NCBI GenBank assembly: GCA_018223105.1
Contig: JAAEYY010000001.1
Span: forward strand, 20,476-84,475
DNA length: 64,000 nt
Direction of reading: 5' to 3'
Source: a bacterium
GTDB taxonomy: Bacteria > Bacteroidota > Bacteroidia > NS11-12g > UBA9320
In this document: positions 50,125-58,103 of the stretch, one piece after another
Layout of the letters: each line of letters starts with the position of its first letter
Numbering within the stretch: position 1 is the first letter of the stretch
The notes under the pieces: generated by a model
What the model was told of the DNA's origin: nothing
Database searches by the model: none
What the model saw: only the letters and a program-made list of their open reading frames with translations
Position numbers and translations under genes: made by a program

Positions 50125-53100
50125 TTAAATCACGAGATTTACGATTCTACCCGGTACAACGATGATTTTCTTGGGTGCTTTTCCTTCCAACCATTTCTGA
50201 ACTACCTCATCTTCCAAGACTTTTTCAGAGATTGTATTTTTATCCATGTCGAGCGGAAACTCAATTTGAGTTCGGGTTTTACCGTTGATCGAGATAGGAT
50301 ATAGTTTCACACTTTCTACAAGCTGTGACTCATCGTATTCCGGCCATTGTGCATTTAAAATACTTTCAGTATTGCCGAGTTTCTCCCATAACTCTTCGCT
50401 AATATGTGGAGCGAAAGGTGAAAGGAGAATAAGCAATGGCTCGATGATGGATTTGCTTTTGCAGTTCTGTGAACTAAGTTCATTAACGCAGATCATAAAC
50501 TGACTCACAGAGGTGTTGAACGAGAATTGTTCAATATCATCACTTACCTTTTTTATGGTTTTATGAAGCGATTTTAGTGAATCTTTAGAAGGAGTTTCAT
50601 CTGTGATCAAGAAATTACCATCCTGGTCGAAGCAGAGGTTCCAAAGTTTTTTAAGAAAACGGTGGGTTCCATCGATTCCCTGCGTACTCCATGGTTTTGA
50701 ATCTTGCAGTGGTCCGAGGAACATTTCGTATAGTCTCAAGGTATCCGCTCCGTATTCGTCGCAGACATCGTCGGGGTTTACCACGTTACCCCAACGTTTG
50801 GACATTTTTTCAGTGATGATTCCAGCTTGAAAATAGTTTTTATGTACTTCCGTAGATTCCTCATGATATTCAATAATCTCATTTGCTTCAGATAAGTCAA
50901 AAATTGAGGTGTTTTCAGGAAGATTGTACTTGTTTTCCTTCAGGAATAATTCAAAATTCACTGAACCATTTTTATCTACAAATTCCAAGGGAATTCTAAT
51001 GACTTCAATCGGGTCAAGATCAGATGGTATCTGTGGGTGTAGACTGCCAGAAATCTCATTGTTAGTTACTTTATACTTTTTATACTTCTTCAAAAAGATT
51101 TCTTCAAATTTCAATTTAACAAAATCTTGATTAGATGCATTTTGCAAGAACTGGGCAAGTTTTCCAGTTAATAATACCCTTCCAAAAACTTCATTAGGGT
51201 CTGGAAATGATGGGTTATCACCCCAAAATGAACCAGAAAAACTAAGTCTAATAAAGTTAATCACCCTACTTTGCCCCTGAATCATCCCTTGATTAATCAA
51301 CTTCTTAAAAGGCTCATCGAAATCAATTCTGCCGAGATCGTATAAAAATTTGGTCCAGAATCTACTGTATAACAAGTGTCCGGTAGCATGCTCGGCTCCA
51401 CCCATATAAAGATCTACCTGATTCCAATATTTTAGTTTCTCAGGCGACGCAAAGGCCTCATCATTATTTGGATCCATGTACCGCAAGAAGTACCAACTAC
51501 TTCCGGCCCAACCCGGCATGGTGTCGGTTTCTCTTCTGCCTTCCGGAGTATTTACCCAGTCTTCAACTCGGGCTAATGGACTCTCACCGGTTCCGGCAGG
51601 TTCGTAAGATTGCACATCTGGCAATGTTACCGGAAGTTCATCAACTAAACTCGGAATACCATCCTTATGGAGAATAGGGAAGGGTTCTCCCCAGTATCTC
51701 TGACGGCTAAAGCCTGCATCTCTCAATTTGTAATTAATGGTTCGGGTGCCAAAGCCTTTTTCTTCTGCGAATTGAATGGTAGCGCGGATGGCATTTTTAA
51801 CATCCAGACCATTGATCATTTCAGAGTTGATCATTCTGCCTTCTTTGGCATCATAACTAGCTTCTTGAATATTTACTGACTCCTTGCCTTCAACAACTTG
51901 AACTATATTCAAATTGTATTTCTTGGCGAAAGCATGATCTCGTTCATCGTGAGCCGGAACGGCCATAATAGCTCCGGTTCCATATCCCGCAAGGACATAC
52001 TCCGCAATGTAGATCGGAATTTCTTTTTGGTTGAAAGGGTTGATGGCATAAGCGCCGGTGAAACAGCCGCTCACTTCTTTGTTCATCATTCTTTCACGCT
52101 CACTTTTACTTTGAGCTCTATCGATATACGCTTGAACGGCTTCTTTTTCAGAATCTGTGCTTATGCTCGATATTAATTCATGCTCAGGTGCCAGTACCAT
52201 GAAGCTCGCTCCAAAAACAGTATCGGGACGAGTGGTGAAAACTTCGATGTCTGCAGCACTGCCTTTTACTTTGAAATGAAGACTAGCACCTTCGGATTTA
52301 CCAATCCAGTTTCTTTGAATTTCTTTGATGGACTCAGACCATTCAATTTTGTTCAAACCATCGAGTAGACGATCCGCGTAAGCGGTAATTCTCAAATACC
52401 ACTGCGACATTTTTTTCTGAATTACATCGTATCCTCCGCGTTCAGATTTGCCGTCTTTTACTTCTTCATTGGCCAAAACAGTTCCAAGCTCCGGACACCA
52501 GTTTACGCTGGTTTCTTTTTGAAAAGCGAGTCGGTAACACTGAAGAATATTTTCTTTTTCTTGAGCGCTGAAGTTTTCCCAGTCTTCACCGGTGAATGAT
52601 TCGCATGGATCACCGTGATATTCAATGTTGACATTCCCTTCAATTTCGAAAATGCTAATGAGTTGATCTATAGATTCTGCCTTATTGGTTTTCTTATTGT
52701 ACCAAGCATTGAAGAATTCAGAAAAGATCCATTGCGTCCATTTGTAATAGGAGGGATCGCAGGTTTGCACTTCCCGAGACCAATCAAAAGCAAAACCAAT
52801 GCGGTTAAGTTGTTCTTTATATCGCTTGATGTTTGCCTCGGTGGTGATGGCAGGGTGCTTGCCGGTTTGGATTGCATACTGCTCTGCAGGGAGTCCGAAT
52901 GCGTCAAACCCCATAGGGTGAAGCACGTTGAATCCATTGAGTCTTTTGTAGCGAGTTACGATATCGGAAGCGATGTATCCTAAAGGGTGTCCAACATGTA
53001 AACCCGCCCCGGAAGGGTAGGGAAACATGTCGAGGACATAGTATTTCTGTTTAGAATCATCCTCGGTGACTTTGAAAAGTTCATTCGACTTCCAGTGCTC

Positions 53101-53142
53101 TTGCCACTTTTGCTCGATGTTTTTGAAATTGTATATACCCAT
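50125..53142 (-). CDS. leuS: Leucine--tRNA ligase LeuS
   Basis: HIGH motif (PYPSGAGLHVGH) and KMSKS motif (KMSKRWGN). 1005 aa with a large insertion, typical of Bacteroidota LeuS. Confidence 0.95.
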   Translation of the reverse strand: MGIYNFKNIEQKWQEHWKSNELFKVTEDDSKQKYYVLDMFPYPSGAGLHVGHPLGYIASDIVTRYKRLNGFNVLHPMGFDAFGLPAEQYAIQTGKHPAITTEANIKRYKEQLNRIGFAFDWSREVQTCDPSYYKWTQWIFSEFFNAWYNKKTNKAESIDQLISIFEIEGNVNIEYHGDPCESFTGEDWENFSAQEKENILQCYRLAFQKETSVNWCPELGTVLANEEVKDGKSERGGYDVIQKKMSQWYLRITAYADRLLDGLNKIEWSESIKEIQRNWIGKSEGASLHFKVKGSAADIEVFTTRPDTVFGASFMVLAPEHELISSISTDSEKEAVQAYIDRAQSKSERERMMNKEVSGCFTGAYAINPFNQKEIPIYIAEYVLAGYGTGAIMAVPAHDERDHAFAKKYNLNIVQVVEGKESVNIQEASYDAKEGRMINSEMINGLDVKNAIRATIQFAEEKGFGTRTINYKLRDAGFSRQRYWGEPFPILHKDGIPSLVDELPVTLPDVQSYEPAGTGESPLARVEDWVNTPEGRRETDTMPGWAGSSWYFLRYMDPNNDEAFASPEKLKYWNQVDLYMGGAEHATGHLLYSRFWTKFLYDLGRIDFDEPFKKLINQGMIQGQSRVINFIRLSFSGSFWGDNPSFPDPNEVFGRVLLTGKLAQFLQNASNQDFVKLKFEEIFLKKYKKYKVTNNEISGSLHPQIPSDLDPIEVIRIPLEFVDKNGSVNFELFLKENKYNLPENTSIFDLSEANEIIEYHEESTEVHKNYFQAGIITEKMSKRWGNVVNPDDVCDEYGADTLRLYEMFLGPLQDSKPWSTQGIDGTHRFLKKLWNLCFDQDGNFLITDETPSKDSLKSLHKTIKKVSDDIEQFSFNTSVSQFMICVNELSSQNCKSKSIIEPLLILLSPFAPHISEELWEKLGNTESILNAQWPEYDESQLVESVKLYPISINGKTRTQIEFPLDMDKNTISEKVLEDEVVQKWLEGKAPKKIIVVPGRIVNLVI

Positions 53143-53222
53143 TGCAGTATGAGCGGCAAAGGTATTTTGGTTTAGTTAATAATGAAACCACTGCGTGGAA
53201 ATTACAAATGTCAAGCACCAAA

Positions 53223-53246
53223 TTCCAGAAAAGATCCAAAAAACAA
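53223..53246. repeat. Direct repeat copy 1 (24 bp) ttccagaaaagatccaaaaaacaa
   Basis: An identical 24-mer recurs at 53414..53437, 191 bp downstream. Both copies lie in the leuS-uppP non-coding region. Confidence 0.8.
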
Positions 53247-53342
53247 GTACCAAGTTCCAAGGAAATTCCAAATTTCAAATCCCAGCAAATACTCAAATTT
53301 TAAAGGATCAAAGTTCAAATTGAGTATTAATGGATTTTATAT

Positions 53343-53359
53343 CAGGGTCTCTCAGAGGA
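53343..53359. repeat. Left arm of long-range inverted repeat cagggtctctcagagga
   Basis: Its reverse complement matches 53567..53585 (tcctctgcgagagaccctg) at 17/19 with a 2-nt insertion. The two arms flank about 200 bp. Confidence 0.75.
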
Positions 53360-53394
53360 TCCCTAACTGCACGCGAGAAATTAGAAAATACAAT

Positions 53395-53408
53395 CCGCCA
53401 GCTGGCGG
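53395..53408. repeat. Perfect 14-bp palindrome CCGCCAGCTGGCGG
   Basis: The sequence is its own reverse complement. It sits 5 bp upstream of direct-repeat copy 2. Confidence 0.8.
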
Positions 53409-53413
53409 ACAGG

Positions 53414-53437
53414 TTCCAGAAAAGATCCAAAAAACAA
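53414..53437. repeat. Direct repeat copy 2 (24 bp) ttccagaaaagatccaaaaaacaa
   Basis: Identical to 53223..53246. Confidence 0.8.
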
Positions 53438-53566
53438 AGGTTCAAAGTTTCTTAATTACGAATGTAGAAATACGAATGGTTGATTGTTGATGCCTGAATA
53501 AGATGCCGTTTAAAATTATGCATGATGTTTATTAAGTGTCGCTTTTCATTGTAAAGTCCGTCAAGG

Positions 53567-53585
53567 TCCTCTGCGAGAGACCCTG
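53567..53585. repeat. Right arm of long-range inverted repeat
   Basis: tcctctgcgagagaccctg is complementary to 53343..53359. Confidence 0.75.
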
Positions 53586-53612
53586 ACAGTAGATTACTCT
53601 AAAATTCAACAA

Positions 53613-53668
53613 CTCTACACTCTACACTCGTCATTCGTCACCCGTCATTCTACACTCCACATTCGTCT
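53613..53668. repeat. Tandem heptanucleotide array, 8 units (consensus about YTCKWCA: ctctaca ctctaca ctcgtca ttcgtca cccgtca ttctaca ctccaca ttcgtct)
   Basis: The 7-bp periodicity was read directly from the sequence. It lies about 65 bp upstream of the DUF3098/uppP operon start. Confidence 0.75.
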
Positions 53669-53732
53669 GATTTTTGCAGATTTCTGCTTTAGAAATCAAT
53701 TTTAATTATACTTGCAAAGTAATTCAGTAATC

Positions 53733-53990
53733 ATGGCCAAGAATAAGCAAACAAAGAAGACAAGCACTAGCGAAAATTCTCAAAACTATTTTGTTTTTGG
53801 AAAGAAGAATTATCGCTTGATGGTGATTGGTATTGCAATCATTGCAGTAGGTTTTGCTTTGATGTACGGTAAAGAAGATATCTACGACTTTAGAAAAACA
53901 ACCCTGGCTCCGATTGTAGTAATCGCCGGATTTGTGGTAGAAGTCTTTGCTATTCTTACTAAGCCTGAAGCTGAAAATGAGTCTAATTGA
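53733..53990 (+). CDS. DUF3098-type small membrane protein (conserved upstream partner of uppP in Bacteroidota)
   Basis: Start trimmed to ATG 53733 (MAKNKQTKK...). Two TM helices. Overlaps the uppP start. Confidence 0.55.
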   Translation: MAKNKQTKKTSTSENSQNYFVFGKKNYRLMVIGIAIIAVGFALMYGKEDIYDFRKTTLAPIVVIAGFVVEVFAILTKPEAENESN

Positions 53991-54780
53991 GGCTATCATC
54001 CTGGGCATCATCCAGGGTCTTACAGAATTTCTTCCGGTTAGTAGCAGTGGACATATTGAACTTGGGAAAGCCTTGTTTGATATCAATGCTGAAGAAAATG
54101 CCGGTTTGCTATTTACCATCGTCCTTCATTTCGCCACAGCTTTAAGCACCATTGTCGTTTTCAGAAAAGATATAAGCGAAATTTTCAAAGGCCTGCTTCA
54201 ATTCAAATGGAATGAAGAGTTTCAATTTTCAATAAAAATCATTCTTTCCATGATTCCTTCCGTACTCGTGGGGCTCTTATTGGAAGAAGAAATTGAACAG
54301 TTCTTCGATGGTAAGATTCTATTTGTTTGTGTAATGCTCCTTCTTACGGGAATTGTACTCTTTATTTCCGATAAAGTAAAAGGGGAGGGAGGTCAGGTTG
54401 ACTATAAAAAATCAGTAGGACTCGGCATAGTTCAAGCGATTGCAATACTTCCGGGGATCTCCAGAAGCGGTTCTACTATTGCAGCTGCATTGCTTATGAA
54501 TGTCTCAAGAGAGCGCGCAGCTAGATTTAGCTTTTTAATGGTATTGCCTCTTATTTTGGGGGTAACTGCCAAGAAAATGTTAGATTTAGGTGATGAAGGT
54601 GGAACTACAGGTATGGAAATAGATTGGCTGATTCTAGGAGTAGGCTTTCTAGCGGCCTTTATTTCCGGTTGGTTTGCCTGCAAATGGATGCTGAAAATCG
54701 TAAAAAAAGCAAAGCTAACATACTTCGCTATTTACTGCTGGTTGGTAGGAACCATTGGAATTGTTCTGAGCTTAGTTTAA
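53977..54780 (+). CDS. uppP: Undecaprenyl-diphosphatase UppP/BacA
   Basis: MSLIEAIILGIIQGLTEFLPVSSSGHI and the downstream PGISRSG motif. 267 aa. Confidence 0.9.
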   Translation: MSLIEAIILGIIQGLTEFLPVSSSGHIELGKALFDINAEENAGLLFTIVLHFATALSTIVVFRKDISEIFKGLLQFKWNEEFQFSIKIILSMIPSVLVGLLLEEEIEQFFDGKILFVCVMLLLTGIVLFISDKVKGEGGQVDYKKSVGLGIVQAIAILPGISRSGSTIAAALLMNVSRERAARFSFLMVLPLILGVTAKKMLDLGDEGGTTGMEIDWLILGVGFLAAFISGWFACKWMLKIVKKAKLTYFAIYCWLVGTIGIVLSLV

Positions 54781-55164
54781 GCTGTATTCCGGCTGTAAGT
54801 GAAATAGAGGGATCTCTACATCAAACTGCTCACGTGTTTCAAGATCAATAAAGGTGTAGTAACCCGACATCTCGCCAATTTCTGAAATCAGCGGACACCA
54901 ACTCTCGTAAGCGTATGCTGCACCCGATTCTAAAATGGGCTGTTTCCCTATAACTCCTGCTCCTTCAACGGTTCTTTTACCCGCCAGAGAATCTAAAATA
55001 GTCCAATGTCTTCTAAGAAGTTGAACGGCATGGTTACTTAAATTTTCAATCTTGATTCGGTAAGCATAAATGAAGTTTGCCCCTTGGAGGTCGCTTTGTT
55101 CTTCCTCCAATCTGGCTTTCACCTGAACCCGAATTTGTTTAGATATATCTGAAAGATTCGTCAT
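54772..55164 (-). CDS. apaG: ApaG-domain protein (DUF525)
   Basis: Start trimmed to ATG 55164, giving 130 aa. ApaG-like pattern YAYRIKIEN...VQLLRRHWTILD...GAGVIGKQP.L..G..Y.Y.S. Confidence 0.7.
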   Translation of the reverse strand: MTNLSDISKQIRVQVKARLEEEQSDLQGANFIYAYRIKIENLSNHAVQLLRRHWTILDSLAGKRTVEGAGVIGKQPILESGAAYAYESWCPLISEIGEMSGYYTFIDLETREQFDVEIPLFHLQPEYSLN

Positions 55165-55247
55165 CTGTATGTACGCAAATTGTCTAAACTGAACAGAACT
55201 ATAATGTTTTTGTTGTAAGTATTTAGTCAGTTTATAGCTTTGTCGCA

Positions 55248-55853
55248 TTGAGCACATCATCCAATCTTATAAATAAAGCCGTAGAGCAACTTTCTCAATT
55301 TCCGGGGGTAGGGAAGAGAAGTGCCTTGCGCATGGTCCTGAATTTACTAAAACGGCCGGAGGGTGAAACCTTAGAGTTGGCGAGGGCTTTAGAGCGCATG
55401 AGGCTGGATATTAGATTTTGTGAGCAATGCTTCAATCTCAGTGATGATCACCTCTGTAGTGTTTGTAAATCGCCTTCCAGGGATGAGCATACTATCTGTA
55501 TTGTAAAAGACTTTCAAGATGTGATTGCGATAGAGAATACGGCGCAGTACAATGGGCAATATCACGTTTTGGGGGGCTTAATATCTCCTGTGGAGGGTAT
55601 AGGACCTCAAGATATCAAAATTCCACAGCTTATAGATAGAATTAAGGAGAAGGAAGTTAATGAAATTATTCTCGCTCTAAGTAGCACGATGGAAGGAGAT
55701 ACTACTGAGTTTTACATCGCTCGAAAAGTAACCGAAATGGGAGTAAAGGTGAGTACCCTGTCAAAAGGTATTTCTGTTGGAGGCGAGCTGGAATACACCG
55801 ACGAGATTTCCTTGGCTCGTTCTATCAAGAATAGAATCGAAATGAAAGATTAA
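55248..55853 (+). CDS. recR: Recombination protein RecR
   Basis: HhH region (LSQFPGVGKRSALRM), C4 zinc finger (CEQCFNL...CSVC), and a Toprim domain. Confidence 0.9.
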   Translation: MSTSSNLINKAVEQLSQFPGVGKRSALRMVLNLLKRPEGETLELARALERMRLDIRFCEQCFNLSDDHLCSVCKSPSRDEHTICIVKDFQDVIAIENTAQYNGQYHVLGGLISPVEGIGPQDIKIPQLIDRIKEKEVNEIILALSSTMEGDTTEFYIARKVTEMGVKVSTLSKGISVGGELEYTDEISLARSIKNRIEMKD

Positions 55854-56668
55854 GGCTTCCAGCAATCGTGTTGGTAGTTATACTCAATTACATCAGACCA
55901 ATGATCTTCGGTCACAATTTTAGCAATAGCAGAATCGCTATTCAGCGAGTAGTTATATTTAAGATACCAACTGCTGGGGTTCGGTCCTAATCCGTAGTTC
56001 TGATGAATGGGGTTGTTTTCGGAGTATAACAGAAAATCCTCTATCTCAATAGGGTTATCGTACAATAAAGGTATCCATCCGGTAAAGAAATTTGTGGTGT
56101 CGTCGTACTCATCATAATTATGCCATTCTAACAATTTAGTTGAATCATATTGCTCTATTCGTGATACGTTCATTCCGGAATATTCTACTTTGAATACGAT
56201 ATCACGGTTAATGCCATTTTCGATGAGTCTAACCTCAGTAACCTTCTCATTAGCATACTTGAACGTGTAGACATAGTGATTTGTGTCTTCGCCCTCAACT
56301 TCATAGAGATCTAGTTTATTCGCTAAATCTCCATTGTACATTACCGTACTCCAGAGCTTGTCATCAGTACGAGTCTCGGTTACTCTTCCTTCGGCATCAT
56401 AGGTGTAAGTTGTTTTATCTCCGGCATCTTCAGATTGATTTGAAGAATAATAGAGATCATGCAAAAAATAGATTCGATTCACTAATACTCCTGAAGAGTC
56501 ATAGTTGAATAATTCGGTGAAATTATAGCTAGAGTCTGCGTCTCTTGACTCGAGTTGAACAATTCTGCAAATGGGTTCAGGTTCAACCGGAAGTGGTTTC
56601 TGATTTTTACTCAGGCATGCCTGTAAAACAAGAAAACAAAGTACAAGAATGAGAGAATTATTAGTCAT
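55850..56668 (-). CDS. Lipoprotein with YD-repeat-like motifs (paralog-like of the 7743..8555 protein)
   Basis: Start trimmed to ATG 56668 (MTNNSLILVLCFLVLQACLSKN), which has a lipobox. YTYDAEGRVTETR and FNYDSSGVLVNRIYF motifs. Confidence 0.55.
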   Translation of the reverse strand: MTNNSLILVLCFLVLQACLSKNQKPLPVEPEPICRIVQLESRDADSSYNFTELFNYDSSGVLVNRIYFLHDLYYSSNQSEDAGDKTTYTYDAEGRVTETRTDDKLWSTVMYNGDLANKLDLYEVEGEDTNHYVYTFKYANEKVTEVRLIENGINRDIVFKVEYSGMNVSRIEQYDSTKLLEWHNYDEYDDTTNFFTGWIPLLYDNPIEIEDFLLYSENNPIHQNYGLGPNPSSWYLKYNYSLNSDSAIAKIVTEDHWSDVIEYNYQHDCWKP

Positions 56669-56708
56669 ATCGCCTTTAGCGAATATACCAATTTCTTCGT
56701 GTTTTTGT

Positions 56709-58064
56709 TTAATCCTCTTTCTTGTTGTTAGGATTACGCGGTCCTTTTCTCTTGTTAGGTCTGCGCTTTTTATTTGGGTTTGGACCTTTGTTTTCAGACT
56801 TTGGATTATCCTGATTTCGGTTCTGTTGAGGCTTTCTATTTGAGTTGCCTTTTCTCTTTTTAGCACCACCTTGCTGTTTAGGATCCCCTTGTTGTTTTGG
56901 GTCTCCGGGTCTTGAACCACCTTTCTTGCCTTTGAAATTTCTCTTTTTATTTGGACGCTTTTTCTTGTGCTTGTGGTCCATTCGATTGAGATCGGTCTCT
57001 TCGAGAAGATCGTCTCGATATTCCATTGTCTTGTTCAGGATTTCTGAACCTTGAGCTGAGTCACTTAATGTCGCAGGAGTTTTTCCCTGTTTATTTTGAG
57101 CGATAATCTCATTTACTCTATCTAGCTTAATAGGAATCCAGTCGTAACTGTTGGCATAGCAATACCAGAGGGTTTTCTTAAGTATATCTGTCTTTCTCAA
57201 ACTAGCTTCTCCTGCTTCAGTTTTGAGTTTAAGATCTTCCGAAGGAAAATCTTCCAAAGCTTCAGAATACAATTCCAGTTCGTAGTTTAAGCAGCATTTT
57301 AACCTTCCACATTGTCCTGAAAGTTTTAACATATTGATAGACAAATTCTGAGTCTTAGCCGCACTCATGGTTACAACTTTGTAGTCGGTCAACCATGTAC
57401 TACAACACAATTCTCTACCACAACTGCCAATCCCGCCAAGTCTAGATGCTTCTTCTCTGTAGCTCACCTGACGCATTTCGATTCGCGCTCGGAATTCCGA
57501 TGCGTATCGTTTAATCAACTCTCTAAAGTCGACCCTGCCTTCTGATGTATAGTAGAAAGTGACCTTTTTGCCATCACCCTGAAACTCAATATCGCTAATC
57601 TTCATCTGAAGATTCATCTTCATTGCGATTGTTCGCGCTCTTTCTAGAGTTTTGGGTTCTTTATCCTTAAAGTCTTGGTATTTTTTAAGTTCTTTCTCAT
57701 CGGCAATGCGAAGCACTTTGCGCATTTCATCGCTGTCTTCATCTACGCCGTATTTTTTTAATTGAAGCTTAACTAGTTCTCCTGAAAGAGAGATTTCACC
57801 TAAATCATAGCCGTAATCAGACTCAACTATAACTTTGTCTCCGGTAAATAATTCCAGGTTTTCCGTGTTTCGGAAGAAGAGTTTTTTACTTCCTTTGAAG
57901 CGCACTTCAACGATGTTGAAGGGTTTATAATCCTCCGGCAACACCATGTCGGTGAGCCAGTTATATACATTTAATTTATTACAACTTCCGGTACTGCATC
58001 CTCCATTGTTCTGGCAACCCGGACTATGACTTCCATTGTTCTTGCCGCAACTTTCACATCCCAT
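56709..58064 (-). CDS. PSP1-domain protein (RicT/YaaT homolog) with Cys-rich N-terminal extension and long basic Lys/Pro/Asn-rich C-terminal tail
   Basis: Central PSP1 C-terminal-domain region (GSCGRELCCSTWL...SGQCGRLKCCLNYE). The N-terminus has five Cys in 28 aa. The tail contains two PGDPKQQG repeats. It lies adjacent to holB, as in Firmicutes. Confidence 0.75.
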   Translation of the reverse strand: MGCESCGKNNGSHSPGCQNNGGCSTGSCNKLNVYNWLTDMVLPEDYKPFNIVEVRFKGSKKLFFRNTENLELFTGDKVIVESDYGYDLGEISLSGELVKLQLKKYGVDEDSDEMRKVLRIADEKELKKYQDFKDKEPKTLERARTIAMKMNLQMKISDIEFQGDGKKVTFYYTSEGRVDFRELIKRYASEFRARIEMRQVSYREEASRLGGIGSCGRELCCSTWLTDYKVVTMSAAKTQNLSINMLKLSGQCGRLKCCLNYELELYSEALEDFPSEDLKLKTEAGEASLRKTDILKKTLWYCYANSYDWIPIKLDRVNEIIAQNKQGKTPATLSDSAQGSEILNKTMEYRDDLLEETDLNRMDHKHKKKRPNKKRNFKGKKGGSRPGDPKQQGDPKQQGGAKKRKGNSNRKPQQNRNQDNPKSENKGPNPNKKRRPNKRKGPRNPNNKKED

Positions 58065-58103
58065 ATTTTACTATTTATAGCGCCTTTCCCGGCGTAAGGA
58101 ATT

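Noticed and set aside
53410-53440. tRNA-like T-loop resemblance (ggttcaaag, tttcaaatccc) in the repeat region
   Set aside because: No complementary T-stem, acceptor stem or anticodon arm could be built around them. No tRNA is called.
53182-53490. 102-aa ORF (MKPLRGNYKCQAPNSRKDPKNKYQ...) lying in the repeat-rich intergenic region
   Set aside because: It is Lys/Asn-rich with low complexity. Its repeated peptide segments come from DNA repeats read in different frames. It has no signal peptide or recognisable domain. It is more likely a chance ORF across A-rich repeats than a gene.
53223-53668. Possible CRISPR array suggested by the direct repeats
   Set aside because: There are only two copies of the 24-mer, separated by 167 bp. 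The heptamer units have no spacers. No cas genes are in the window.
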